DNA of 64,000 nucleotides from Convolutriloba macropyga (Eukaryota). The stretch is from NCBI RefSeq assembly GCF_964194025.1, contig NC_134478.1, forward strand, positions 6,076,001 through 6,140,000. Reading direction: 5' to 3'. Shown in pieces: positions 50,901-64,000 of the stretch. Positions within the stretch are counted from its first letter, which is position 1. Every line of letters begins with the position of its first letter. The position numbers and the translations under genes are program-made. Under the pieces are notes generated by a model. That model ran no database searches. It was not told the origin of the DNA and was given only the letters and a program-made list of their open reading frames with translations.

Positions 50901-53715
50901 TCGGGTTGTAATCAGTCGGTCTTTTTTTTTTAAAAAAAAGGACCCTTTCTTTAAAAATAAAAAACAGAACATATCAAATCAAAGCTCAGGAGTGATAGGT
51001 CCAACCGATTTGCTTGTTAAGCAGCTCCAAGCTAATGCATTAAGATTTTTAATTGAAAATTTATGGTCGTTTCTTTTTTTAAAAATAATTGACCTTTCAA
51101 TAAATGATGGCTTAATTAACTTTTTCTCTACATTTTTTCTTAATTTGTACAATTTCCAGCTTAATGTCAGCAAAAAAACGACCGCTTCTTCTTTCTACTT
51201 ATTTAACATTTATTCTCAGTTGCAGTTTTAAGCCTGAAATTATTGTTTTCTGGCTTTGATACCACAAGATTTCAGATTTTTTTTGTTTTGATTTTTGCCA
51301 GTTTTTCACGTTTTCTAATTTTGTCACATTATCACTTTTTTGACGGTTCTCATGTCACCTCATTAGCATTCAAAATAAGGCACAATTGAACATATTAAAA
51401 TTCTGAAAGATATACATCATCGTTTTAACGGCCTCGACGCCTCTTTCTTGAAGAAATCAATTGAATTTTTTAATTTTGTCTCTAACTGTCATTTATACTT
51501 TGTCATTTCGGTCGCATGAAATTTCCTGTATAGTGATAGCTTTCATTGGCTTTTCATAGAAGAGTAGAAGAACCGATATTCTGATATTAGTAGATAGCTG
51601 ATGGCTTTCATGACGATCAAAATAATCGTTTTCCAAAATTTAAAAAAAAAAATTTTTCAACTTCGCAATTTTGTTCTTTTTATGTTTCTTTTTGTTACCT
51701 AATCTCGTTAGTTAACTACAGGTCAAATATAACATTATGGGTGTCAAAGGAATAAGAGGGATTGGTGTCCCAAAATCTTTTAAAGAATTTGTTATGACCT
51801 TACTGGCTTCGACACCGGTTTTTCACAAAAAAAAGTAAACTAATGTGATTTTTGTCATATTTGACGTTCTTTTTGTAGATGCGAGAAGTATTCTGGATAA
51901 TTACAGGCCTCGAGGGTTTTTTTTGAATAAACGACACTATTTAAATAGCTCTTTTTGTTATTAATGCCTTTCATGACATTAAATGTAATTTTGTTTCGAA
52001 AAAAAAATTACATACTTTAGCACTTCGCTTTTTTGTCTGCTTGTTACCTAGTCTTGCTAATGAATAGCCACGTACTAAATTATAGCTGTTTGAAGAAGGC
52101 GCAATCAAATGTATTTTGAGTGCCAAAAATTGGCTTGACAGTTTTGACAGCGTTTTCTGGCAAGTTTCAATTGAAATTTTGTTTGTTCTTTATTGTTCTT
52201 TTTAGCCGGTTTAAAAAATGAATAAGGACAGGTCCTAATGCCCTTCTATAGAAGTAGTGGAAATCGTAAAATTGTGGTAATATTAATTGATTCCTAATGG
52301 TATTTATTACTTTGAAGTTAACTGTTTCAAAAAAATAAGTTAATTTTTTTACTTTACTGTTTTTGTTCTTTCTTGTATAATTGTTACCAAACCTTTTTAT
52401 GGACTGGTCGCATATGTTTTCTGGGGATTTATAAGTTATTTTTGTTTAGTTTTGGGTTTATCTGACGGTATGTTGATTTTGTTATTAAGTTTAGTTTTTA
52501 AGAGGGACATAAATTTTTTGATGTAATTAATGTTTGTTGTTGTTGTTGTTTGATTTTGCTTTTCGTCTTGACTCGCTTTCTTAATATTGACATATTACAG
52601 CAATCTAATGCATCAACTTTTACTCCACTGAGTTATTTGCTTTGGAGGCTATCTTATCGTTGATACAGAATTTTTTGAAAAAGACTTGGGCTTTTTTGGG
52701 AATCGCAAAAAATAATTTTTGGGTTCTTCTATCTGTTCCTCATTTGGTAGACAATTATGCCAAATTTGTGGATGGGCGGGATCGGAACCTTATGTGCCAT
52801 CGCACATTACCGAGCCGCCTTGTTTAATTAGAAACTTCTTTTAATTGAGAAAAATGAATAGAAAGATACGTGATCACTGTTAATTTTCCATGATTACCAA
52901 AAACTTGATCACAGATCGAGACCCAAGTTAAACATTTGCTGATCGAGCACAAAATTACTGATTTTTGATAATTACTTTTATTTTTATTGGATTAAAAATA
53001 ATTTGTTAGGCGGTTTAGTGCTAAGCCAAGTTCCTTCTATTGCCTTTTCCAAATTTGGCAAATGAAGGTAAACATCATCGTCAGTCTTGACCAAATAATC
53101 TAAATCTGGACAATTTTTGGCGATGAACTCAAATCCAATTAGCAATTTGAGAACTGTCGGAGAAAAGTACTCTTCTGGAATGTTTGTCACTAAAATGTCA
53201 CCGAATAATCTAGATTCTTCTAGAATACTTTCTCGCTCTTGATCATTTGTGGGTTTGCCTGTCAAAAACAGAACTTTCCATTTAAACTTCACGTTTTCTT
53301 TAAATGAAGAAGAGTTTGCATAAGTTGATCTGATTGAGGCTCGCTGAACAAAACCGAAGAAGCGGTTGAGTACTAAAATTATGGAACATTTTTTCCCTTT
53401 TTCTTTGTTTTCATTGCGACAAATTTCTGAATGTGGTGGAATTAATATTTTGTTGTTATCGATTTTCGATAATTCCGATATTGGCGCTTTAGGATGGTGT
53501 TGAAGTTTCGTTAGTTTTTGAAGACTAGCAGCAGACGGAATTTTGGGTAAAAATGATAACTGTAATAACTTAGAATTGTTCTTAGGCCGAATAAAAAGCA
53601 TTTCCGAAAGACTATTGTTTGTCAAATAGAACAAATGCTGCACTGATAAACAAACGGTAACAGCGACAATACAACGGAAAAAAATAACGTATTTGTTTTT
53701 GATAAATAGTATCAT
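47922..53715 (-). CDS. Beta-1,3-glycosyltransferase, CAZy GT31 (B3GALT/B3GNT-like), exons 53034-53715 and 47922-48490, ~416 aa
   Basis: It has an N-terminal membrane anchor and the family motifs RASIRSTY, VLFLTG, EESRLFGDIL and YLVKTDDDVY (DxD). Exon 2 has LYTG, EEYP..WPVFCFGALSILSSDLV and FEDVFFGSC. The phases match at phase 1, but the donor is non-canonical (see findings). Confidence 0.85.
50161..52825 (+). mobile_element. Helentron/Helitron2-like non-autonomous element, copy 3 (inside the GT31 intron)
   Basis: Same termini and hairpins as the other copies and collinear with copy 2. Cargo fragment ORF 50979-51173 (-). Confidence 0.82.
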
Positions 53716-54582
53716 AACGAAAAAAAAAAACAAATTAATTTCGTTGCTGCACAAATATAAACAAACAACGTCGACAAATAACGAGATCGTGGATTTTTTC
53801 TATAACAATTTTCCCAAAATGTGTTATAAAATACGCGAGTGACGTCAACTAGTAATGTTTTTGTTTATCGAATTGTTTATTAATAATAACCTTCAGCGAT
53901 ATTTCGACACAAGAAGTTGAAAATATAGTTTTTTAGTTGATTGCTTACCAGCGTTGTATAAAAGTGCTCGAAGAGGACTGACTGACTGACTCAAAATACT
54001 GATTTAAATTGCTTCTCTATTAATAATTAAAGTACATTTTAGCTTTCTATTTTTTTTCTATTGGTTTTCTGCCTTAGATTTTAATTGTTGATTTGGTTTA
54101 TTGTTTTACAAGGCTTTGGAAAGTTTCAAAACAGCTAGGAAGTGGCTCTGATCAATAAATTATTGAAAAATCCTCAATCAATCGTTACAAGCAATTGTAA
54201 AAAGAAAGGAGTTTAACAAAATTTTCTATGTTCAAATCAACAAAACAAAGCCCGCCAAATTTAGAAAAACACTGCTTAACAATTTTCTAGAGTTGAGTCA
54301 AGCCGCTAATTTGGTCAGATTCTTGCCCTAGCTCAGCTTGCCCATGTCCAGGTTCCTGTCCTAGCTGTTGCCCAAATTGATTTTTTTTGCAAAAAATATA
54401 AAAGTCAATGATATTTCAGAGTCGGCTATCGAAAAAAGATCCCAAGGAAAAAACAGTTTAGCAACAATGCACGCAGTGGTGGAAACAGGAGTTTAAAAAG
54501 TGGTAGCTCTGAAAGAATGACTAAGTCCAGTCCAAAAACACTATCAAGCTCACATTTTAAAGGGCCGAAAGTCTGCAGCGCC

Positions 54583-54686
54583 CAATTCCAAAATTCCAAA
54601 ATTCCAAAATTTCAATTCCAAGTTTCCAAAATATCCAAAATTCCAAATATCCAAATTTCCAAAATTTAAAATCCAAAATTTCCAAT
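54583..54686. repeat. (AATTCCAA)n-type short tandem repeat
   Basis: Degenerate 8-9-bp units are directly visible. Confidence 0.75.
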
Positions 54687-55929
54687 ATACTTAACCAGAA
54701 GTTTGATTTCCATAAACTTTCTTCATTTTAGAACTCACGTTCTGCAGAAGTCAAGTCGAAACATAATATCTCGAACCGATTCACTGTTCTGTATATAACT
54801 GAAGTTCGCAGTGAGTTCAAGCAGAATTATGAAATCGATACTAGCTATTCTCTTGCAGGCGTACATGCCAGATCCTACGACTTCTAAAACGAGAAAATTC
54901 ATAAAACAACCTTGTTAAGGGTACACACAGCACAAAATTTTTACAAATAATTGTGTAAAATTTTCTATTTTTTTTTGTATGTTTCTTTTGGAAGAGAAAA
55001 AGTTTCATTTCTTTTCTTTTGTTTCAAAAATCCCGAAAGAAATGAGTTTTTTATAATTATGCGCAAACCTTTGCACGATATTTTTTCAGACGAAAAGAAC
55101 AATTTGCTATCGCTGTTATTTGTTGTTTGGTTTTTCCAAGAGACAATCTGACAGTTAAAAGTCTCCAAATAATTTTTAGTCTCCAGATAAATTGTTGCTC
55201 AATTTGGTTTGCTTCTCCCTCTCAGTACTTACGCAGGACCCTTAAATGTATGAAACTGATTATCGATTGTTCTCTAAAATTAAACTAGAGTGCATAAAAT
55301 TTAAAAACTCCCTCCCTGTCAATGCATAATGTTCACGAATTTTGAGGGAAATCAACAATTTACCGAATTGTATTCAATGAACAATTTTCTTGTCAAATAT
55401 TTAAGTTTAAAGCCGCCTTATGTTTCTTTTACAATTACGACTCGAGATAACATAGCTGTGAGTAATTTTGCGTCGGATTATATATAAAAAATCATTTCTC
55501 ACGCATCGATATAAGACGAACAGATGGGTACAATTATCATTGTGTTCCCCATTTTGCTTCGAAAACTTCTGCGTTTCAACTCTAAAAATATAAAATTTTG
55601 AATTTCACTAATCAAAAGTTTTTGTATATTCTAATCAAACTTTTCTGTTCCGAACCACTTTAGTGGGGGGAAGAACTATATACTCAAACGATTTTTTTTG
55701 TTCAGATAATTTTGGCCAATCGATATATTAATCGTAGAGGGTTGTGAGTGGTATCATTAGAAAACCTGTCACGCGTAAAATATATAATAAAAAAATAACA
55801 AAAATTTTTGAATTTCATCTGTTCCCCAGAGTTATTGAGGTTTAATATTTTGTTAAAACTTGACTGATTTTCGTTCTTATTGTTCACATTTTCCGCAGAT
55901 TTACGCAATTTTTGCGATTTTGCTAAAAT

Positions 55930-58900
55930 ATAAAACAACACTTTGAATTCCCATTAAGTTATTAACAGCAAAACACCTAAATGGGCAGTTTAGGTCAGAG
56001 AATAAATGAAATAAACTAAATATTTTTCGGTTTAAACTTGAGACAGTGGTACTATGAAAACTTAAAACTTTTCCGTGATGCCTTGCCGTACGACGCACTA
56101 TTCGAGTTTTGTTTAAATCATTGAAAGCAAAACATTTTAAGTTGCTTCTTTAGAACTATTGGGTCTTGCTTCCATTTCAATTATGTTTTCTTAAAAAAAA
56201 CTCACGTTAAGAAATCTATTATAAAGGGTTGAGCCGATATTCAGGATAGAGTTTTCTAGTGCAGAAGAATTTATTTTGTTATTGAAGCAGTATTTTTTAG
56301 TTCGCTGGCTGTAGCGTAGATTTGATGTTGGTAAATGTAGATTTCGAAAATTGGAAGCTGGTTACTGGTAAATTTTGTAAAATAATTTAGTACTTTGCAT
56401 TCCAAGAAAAATTTTCTTGGCAGAATTTGATGTTTTAGTTTTAGATTAGAATAACTGTCGTATTTTTTGCGATTGAAACCCTTCTTTACAGCCCAATTGA
56501 ATTGTTTCTCCAAAATGATAAAGCAATTTTTATGACCGGGCCAGGAAAAGGCCTGAGTAGTGTAAATGACTTATCACTAAGGCGTTCAGTAGTAGTAGTC
56601 GTGTCTGATCAGGGAACGGGCGTGAAATACGTTTTAATGTTTTTATCCCTGTAGTCATTTTGCGTAATACGTGGTTTAAATCCTCTTGAAAATTTAATGT
56701 GCGATCAAGATTTATTCAGAGGTATTTTACGCAATTGACGTTTGGTATTTTGTATTTACCAATTAACAGATTGTTTCTTTTGGTTTCTTCCAGATTTTTT
56801 TCAGAATGCAATAAATTCAGTTTTTGAGTGATTGGGCATTAGACGGAGTTTTTCGTAATATTCAGATATATTTCTTAAAGATTGTTCACGATAATATGCT
56901 GCTAATTTTAGGTCCGTTTTGTATGCAAGAATGATGGTATCATCGGCGTATTGAAATGTTTTTGTATCAGCAGGTGTTTGTTTGTTCAAATCATTAATGT
57001 ACAGGTTAAAAAGAAGGTTATATTGTTTCCTGTGGGACACCTTGATATAATCCAATGCAATCGGATTCCACATGATTCACAATGGTGTTTGTAGCCTGTG
57101 TGATAGATAATTTTCTAATAGGTTTAGAGCATTTTTGGAAAAACCTAATTAATGTAGTTTACGAAGAAGGATCTTGTGATTTATCGAATCGAAAGCTTTA
57201 GACAGATCAAGTAGAGCTGCAGTGATAAAATTATTTTTATTTATATATACCTTTGAGTTTCAGTACAGTAAACGAGGGCGTCAATTGTTGAGATTTTGTT
57301 ACGAAAACCAAATTGAGTATTGGAAAGCAACCCAAATTTTTCAAGATATTCTAGGAGCTAGTGAGCTTATAACTGATTTTGGTCTCTACTTCTCAGGCAA
57401 AGGGTTTTCTCCTTTTTTAAAAGATTGGAGTTACAACAGCTTTTTTAACATCTTCAGGAAATTTCCCTACAGCTAAAAAATGGTAAAAAAGCAATTTAAT
57501 TGTATCAGCTAAAAGAAAAACCCATCTTTAAGAGCCCATGATGGGATATCTAAAGGACTTGATGGCTTGTTTGAGTTTAAATTTTTTAGAGTGGGCACGA
57601 ATCTAAAATCAGAACTGTTTTTAGATGTCCTATGGTTGGTGGGAAAAAAGTTTCAAGTGCTTCCAATGTAATCGCCTAATTTAGAAAATTTTTGTTTGAG
57701 CAATTGGTCCTTTTTGTAGTTATCAGTAATAATATCATCAAAACTGTTTTTGAGGTAGAAGATATTTTGGAAGAACTAAGTAGGGTTCTTGAGTCGTTTA
57801 TAATATTCCATTTTGTTTTTTCCGAATCTGCTTTTTTAAAGATGCTCTTTATGAAATCATTGCCCTCTTGTTTAGTTTTGGATTTTTCAGTCCGCATGAA
57901 GATTGTTTTTAGAGGGGCGTGATAGCGGATCAATTTTGTCAAAATTTTCTTAAAGATACGATACATGTCTTCAGCGTCAGATGCTGTGTAAAGAACATCC
58001 CAATCAATGTGTTTCAGGTCTTGTAGGTATTAATTTTTTACAATATTTTGATTTGTCGAAGATTAGTTTTTTTCTTTGAGGCTGCTTTTTGTTTATGGTT
58101 ACATTCGTTATCATTGCAATAGTTTTGTGATCCAGTGTAATGGGCGATTCCAAAGTAAAAACATTGCAATGAGGCAGCTCATAATCTTTGATTACAAAAT
58201 CAATCAGATTTTTCCCCTTGTAGGTGTTTTGTTGACCACTGATAGACCATAAGATACAAGAACTGTGTTCATTTTGATTCATTGTTGGGTTTAAGGTAAT
58301 ATAGATTGAATTATAAAATTAAGTAATAAATTTTTTTGCTTTTTTTATACCATATTCTAATTCTTGGCTAATTCTTCGAGAAAGATGCCAGTTCTAGATT
58401 TTTCAGTATTATAGGATACATTCACAAGCAGTTTTGGAAGTTTTTCGTAGGTTAGAGTGAGCTCAACCCAAAGTGTTTCGAAGTCTTCGCTCATTTTTGG
58501 AAAATCATTACGGCTTTTGAAAAGAAATTTTTTGGGGATTAGCAGCATTACGCTACCCCGCTTTGACTTTTGAGATATTCGGTCACATTTGAAGCAAGAA
58601 TAGTAATTGCTGTCTATGCACCATAGACTAATATCATCTTTATTAGTCAACCATGTTTTCGAAAAAGGAAATGCAGTATTGTTTGGGTATCTTTTTCAGT
58701 TGTTCTCTTTTATTGACTAAACTACGGAAATTTAATTGAAAGAAGCATAATGGATCTTTAATTTTTTATTTTTGGAGAGGAGATTTTCATAGGTTACTGG
58801 TGGTCGAGGATTACGTTCAACATCACCACATTTTAACTGGTAAATGAAAAAGCCAAATAGAACATAACTACTTAAAAATTTCTGAAACATAAACAAAGCG

Positions 58901-59899
58901 CTGCATCGTAAAGCAAAGCATTTAATTCTTTATGAAAAGAAAACTTTTTTACAATTCAGACATGCCCATAGTGGTCGCCCCACTGCTGTCAGAGACGCGG
59001 GACGAAGAAAGACCTCAAACAACAGCGAGGAAACCAAAATAAACAAACACTGTTTTTTGTTGGTCATAAGGATGTTTTCACGTTTTTCAACACATTTCTG
59101 ACCTCAACATAGCTCACGTTAATAAGGTGAATGTCTATAGAAAGCACTGTTGTTGTATGGATATGCATATGGGGTGTTAGAGTACTGTCTGTTTACAAGA
59201 GCGTTTCTCGACGACTTTTTTTATAGCTTTAACGGTTAGAGATGAGAGTGTTTGTCGTATTGGCATAAGTAGGATGTGTCTCTCGCGTTTTCGAGATCAG
59301 ACCATCGGAAGTGTCCAATAGAGTTCGCATTAGATGGTGTTTTAGAAAAGGAATCCCACCTCGATAATTTAGGTGAACATTGTCGTGATACAGTTTATTG
59401 TACTAGCTGTTCTGGTAGTTCGTTAAATCAATTTCGCGATCAATGTTATCTGGTTTTGCCCCGATATCTATAATCAATTTGTTGAAATCCAAAATATTGA
59501 TCTAAGGATGATTTTCGTAGTAAGTTTGGATTAAGTCATTGAACTCATCGTACATCCTATTTTTTGCCATATTCGCGCTTTTATTTTTTATCGGGATTAC
59601 TGTCATCAAGTGAATTTTGAGAATAAATCAGAGAGCATAAATCAAAGTGAGAGAAAATTAGAGAGAAGCTATGTTTTAGTCAGAGTATGAATGCTGAAAA
59701 AACAATGAAATTAGAAGGTAACTTTAGCTGTGAAGAGATGAACTGTTCAATAGAAAAGCGCAACTGTCTGTGGAGAAAAGCTCAACTGTCTGTGGATAGA
59801 AAAGCACAACTGTCTGTGGATAGAAAAGCGCAACGGTCTGTGGAATAGAAAAGTGCAACTGTCTGTGGATAGGAAAGCGCAACTGTCTGATAACAATAG
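55930..59899 (-). mobile_element. Decayed CR1/L2-group LINE nested in element copy 4
   Basis: Esterase motif LYHDNVHLN (~59370-59395), APE KRGSVMLLIPK (58357-58650), LIDFVI...LDH (58004-58282), RT ALLDLSKAFDSINHKILL (~57170-57220), LFNLYINDL and FQYADDT (56801-57073). Confidence 0.88.
59750..59889. repeat. Six tandem ~24-bp units (ATAGAAAAGCGCAACTGTCTGTGG) at the LINE 5' end
   Basis: The units are directly visible and contiguous, with no spacers. Confidence 0.85.
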
Positions 59900-62614
59900 T
59901 TTTGTTAAAATTGATAACAATAGTGTTGTTGGTAGTACCTGTAAAAACAAAAGGGTGTTGCTGAACTGCTTGACTCAATTTTTTGGCAAAAATTTTTTTT
60001 TCTAAAGTTTTTGAAACTCAGCGTTTTTAATCAAAAATGGCACGAAAAAATCCTTTTTAATTACCGAATAAACATTCCTAAAAACTGCTGACACAATCTT
60101 TGATATCTATTTTTACGGGTGGATCCTTTGAGAGTGCTCCTGTATTAAAATATTGCCGTTTTTTTGATAATTTGAAAAAAAAAATATTTGAAACGCAACA
60201 TTTAATTTTGATATATTGATTTTCTTTTGTCAAGTCATTTATAAAAAAACTTCTCAGTACAATTAGATGCTTCCAATAGACAAAAAGCAAAAGGAAGGTT
60301 AGTTGTGCTGAGCAAGTTCAGATGGTATCCAATAGTTGTTCCCTAAAGTGCAAAAAAAGTTAGGATTTTAATCAGTCGACGTTTTTTAAAAACTATTTTG
60401 ACGTTTTAAGCTTTTTTTACGTTAATTAAAAAAAATAATTCAAATCAAGAATTATAATATCATAACATGAATGACAGTTCCAATTGATATACTAGGGAGT
60501 TTCAAAGAAACCTATATAGTTTTTCAATCGAATGTTTATGGTAGTTTTTACTTTAAAAATTTACAGATTTAATAAAAGTGAAAACGACCGTAAACATTTA
60601 GATTTTTGAAAGAAACGATAGATTATCGAGATTTGTATTTTTTTACTTTTTGGCCGATTTTCAGTTTAAAATCAGCAAAAACAGATTACATCATGCGTCA
60701 GATGATTTAGATTTCAATATTTATTGTCAGTTTACGTTTTACGTGTGGTTCTTCTGCTTCAATAATACGAGTTTTCACACAAAAATAATTAAATAATTTT
60801 TAGACTTTTTCAACATTGAGGTTCTTCATCTTTTCTCGCTATTTTTTGACACATCTGTTATCACCTTTTTGGTATTAAAAAATTGAGCACATCAGTTTTT
60901 CACGTAATTAGATTATGGCTTTAGTTGCATCGAAACTGTCTTCTAAAAGAATTTACTGTTTTTTATGACTGTTTGTCATGCAGTCAATGACATAATCTGG
61001 ATAAGTTCAACTCTTAGCGCCTTCCCGCAAATGCACAAAGGAACATTTGTACTGATCTCAGTTGAGAGTTAGTTTTTGAATGCCTTTGAAGTAAGATGTT
61101 TGGAAAAAGAATTGTAGACGTATTTTTTGGATTTGCATTTTTCCGTTCTTTTTTGTCTACTTGTTTTCTATTACCAATAAATACAGTTTGCTTATGAAAT
61201 TTTTGGTGTTGACAAAAGGCTTGACTGAGCAAACAAATCTCGATACCGGTTTTTCGCAAAAGGTTTATGTAATTTTTGATTTTTGTCTTTTTTGTCTTTT
61301 TTGTCTTTTTGTCTCTTTTTGCGGTTTTCTTTGGAAAAAAATTAACCCATTTACTGAGAACAGTTGATAGCTAAAGTTTGTTATGACTTTGGAATCAAAT
61401 GTATTAAAGACAAAAATTAATAAGTTTTTTATATCTGATTTTTGCTGTCCTTTTGCGTCTACCTATTACTTACTATCAAAAACTTCCTATCTGTATCAAC
61501 TTATTGGTAATGACAAAACGCAAAACTGATCATTTTTAAGGTTTTCAGAGCAATTTTCATTCTCTTAACGGTTTCCTTAACGCTTTTTGCAAAATATTTA
61601 GTTTTTGATTTGTACCTATTTATTTTGTAGACGTATGACGTATTCTGAATATTTACAGATCTCAATAGAATTCATTTTTTGAGAAAAAGAGAACTTTTTC
61701 ATTGATTTGAGTTTGTAGCTAATTTTTTTGACTGGAATTTAATTCGAAAAAAAATCAAATGTCTTTTTACTTTTCTTCGTTTTTTTTCCTAATACTTAAC
61801 AACTAGTCTCATTATCCAAAGGTCACATATCTAACAATAACTGTGCAAAAAGGTAGTTACTAATATAATTTATTTATTTTTTCACGGATTAGATTAAGGA
61901 TTTAGAGTATTTGAACCCATTTTCTGGCAAAATTTAATGATGGTTTTTCCGTCATTGTTGTTTGTTTTTGTACACGTAATACAAATTCTGAGAAAGGACA
62001 GATCTCAATGTATTCATACTGCGATATGAATGAAGAGACACCTATTTGAATTTTTCAATTGATATCTAAGGGTTTTGATTGTTTGAAGTTATTCGTTTCC
62101 AAAAAAAAAACAATAAAGGTTTTCTAACTTTGTCTTTTTTGTCACTTTTTCGACTGCGTTATTATGTAGTTTTTTCTCGTAAAAAGATATTGAGTTTTGA
62201 GTGGAAATGTTTTATTGTTGTTATTTTATTTTTTTACTTGTCTTGTCTAGTAGTCTGAATAATGGCAGGTCTCATCGGCCCACTAATGTGGCGCGTGACG
62301 GTATAAAAATTTTAAATTTATTTGTGTCGGAAGCCTTTCTTAATTACGTTTAATTACTTAGTGATTACGTTTAATTTTTGTTGACTCTTAGCGCTCAATT
62401 CAATTGAAATTTCAGCGATTGATTTTCAGAGACAGATATCTCTTATAACTTTCCAAGGTTTTTAAAGTATCTAAGTGTTAAACTAATAGAGTTGACGTTG
62501 GACTGATACTAATGATAATTTTTTGACAATTATTTTCTGTCAAGGCTGCTCGTCAACTCTTTTTACATTTTGATTACTCCCGGATTTTACACTCGATTGC
62601 TCCTGAAAACCCTT

Positions 62615-62690
62615 TAGCTTAGTGGTTACGACTGGTTACGCAAATCCAATGTTACAATTACCCACGCGGAAGTTCGAATCGCATATAAAG
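62615..62690 (+). promoter_or_regulatory. Possible Pol III A-box/B-box pair (tRNA-derived SINE-like head)
   Basis: TAGCTTAGTGG at 62615 and GTTCGAATC at 62672. I could not fold a cloverleaf. Confidence 0.3.
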
Positions 62691-63867
62691 CAAACCTCGT
62701 TTGCGGGAGTTAAGTTGAACATATTATTTTTCATGCCGTAAATTTTACTCAAAACCAAGACTGGCCAGTGTAAATTGCGACATGAACAGAGTACTGGTCA
62801 TACTGAAAAACATAATGATTCTAGACTGGTTCAGCGCTGATTTGCACTGCCACCAACCACCGGGCTACTCTTCATACTTTCAAATTTGTATTTCATCCTT
62901 TACTTCAACGCAACATTACAAGAAAACTAAGCCTATGATTAATAGTAAATTAATAAGTTAATAGAAACTCAACTTTCTGGTAAAATATAATTACTGTTGA
63001 GTAGTAACTTTCCTTGCTTGTAAATATTGGGTAATTCGAGAAAAAAATAAAACTCTATTTAAATAGCTAATCTTCTTGGAAAAAAAACCACTTAGAAGTA
63101 TTTAATGTATTTTATTTTGGCTGAAAAAAACTACTTCTATTTCGACAAAAAATGATAGATTTGTAAATTTTTGAATTGAGTTTGACTTTATTGACTTTTT
63201 TAAAAGTTTGATTATTGTAAAACATGTAATTTTGGTCGCCCAATTCTTCAGTTCAAAGATAAAAAGTTTACTTCTTGTGATCTTAAATAGTTGCACAAAC
63301 CTTAACCATTTTTTATTTAGGTTTAATGAATTTTAGAATGAGTTTTACAACCAAAATGAAGGGTGAAATTTTTTGCTTTGCTGCGAAAAATCGAAGGTGA
63401 TTGTGCATTAATTAACTAGAATTAGGTGTGAACGCATAATATCAAGCTTGTTTGTTCTGCATTGCCGGCTGTAAATAAAAAAACATCAAGTTCAAATTAA
63501 GTCGTAGATATTCGTCGTGAAAAAATCAGTGAATTAATAAAAAATAATCACGCCTTCGGTAAAGTATGCTCATAAAGCAAAATAAATTTTCTCTTCGTCT
63601 CAAATTAATGAATATTTAATATTTATAATGCCTTGATTTCAAGAAAAGACGGAATGAAAACTGAAAAGATAAACGGCTTCATTTTTACGTTAAGCAGCTT
63701 GAAAGAGAGACAAAATACACCATTCAATAGACAAACTTTTGGTATATTGACAAGCAGTGTGACGCAGCCGCATTTTTGTGACTGGTATTAGACTTTTTGG
63801 AGTCTGAAACTGTATGCAGTCGTAGCATAGTTGTACTTTAGACGTTGATTTTTCTTCAATAAACGCC

Positions 63868-63933
63868 ATGAAATGATAGAGGGGTTAAATGATAGAGGGG
63901 TGAAATGAATAGGGGTGAAATGAAGTAGAACCC
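63868..63933. repeat. Short tandem repeat (GAAATGATAGAGGGGT, ~4 units)
   Basis: The 15-16-bp units are directly visible. Confidence 0.7.
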
Positions 63934-64000
63934 ATTTGTATATAGTGTGATTCATAGCATTTTTTTGAAATCAAAATTATCCCTGAAATTATCATAATAT

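Larger units (their letters stand above)
55647..62240 (+). mobile_element. Helentron/Helitron2-like element, copy 4 (diverged; split by a nested LINE; 3' terminus not found)
   Basis: The 5' end reads GTTCCGAACCACTTTAGTGGGGGGAAGAACTATATACTC and its core runs to ~55930. Homology resumes at ~59900. ORF 60078-60290 (IKCCVSN...KRQYFNTGALS) matches copy-1 ORF 6434-6652 (NKCCVLDN...KNGKVLITERALS), and a DKNQKL motif lies near 61270. Confidence 0.7.

Noticed and set aside
59724-59978. ORFs or a CRISPR array over the 24-bp repeats
   Set aside because: The units are contiguous with no spacers, and the ORFs are repeat artefacts.
62615-62690. tRNA gene
   Set aside because: A- and B-box-like motifs are present but the acceptor and anticodon stems do not form. 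Kept only as a low-confidence SINE-like head.

Overview
This is AT-rich, intron-containing eukaryotic DNA, probably from an invertebrate animal (the organism cannot be identified from sequence alone). It is dominated by transposable elements. Host genes I could assemble by splice phase: a 3-exon type II membrane protein with TSP1 repeats (17967-25684, +); a tandem pair of 2-exon orphan genes of 173 and 171 aa (34265-35221 and 36032-37367, -); a 2-exon GT31 beta-1,3-glycosyltransferase (47922-53715, -) with no GT donor available, best fitted by a non-canonical GA donor; and a partial unknown gene (30635-31464, -). Mobile DNA: the 3' end of a Bel/Pao LTR element, two decayed CR1/L2-type LINEs with esterase ORF1, several LINE 3' stubs and MITE-like repeats. 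The most notable feature is a five-copy family of ~2.7-2.9 kb non-autonomous Helentron/Helitron2-like elements with asymmetric sub-terminal inverted repeats and hairpins showing compensatory changes. All five carry a decayed antisense ORF built of ~120-aa tandem repeats that matches no transposase or family I recognise. All alignments and translations were done by eye, and coordinates of decayed repeats are approximate.
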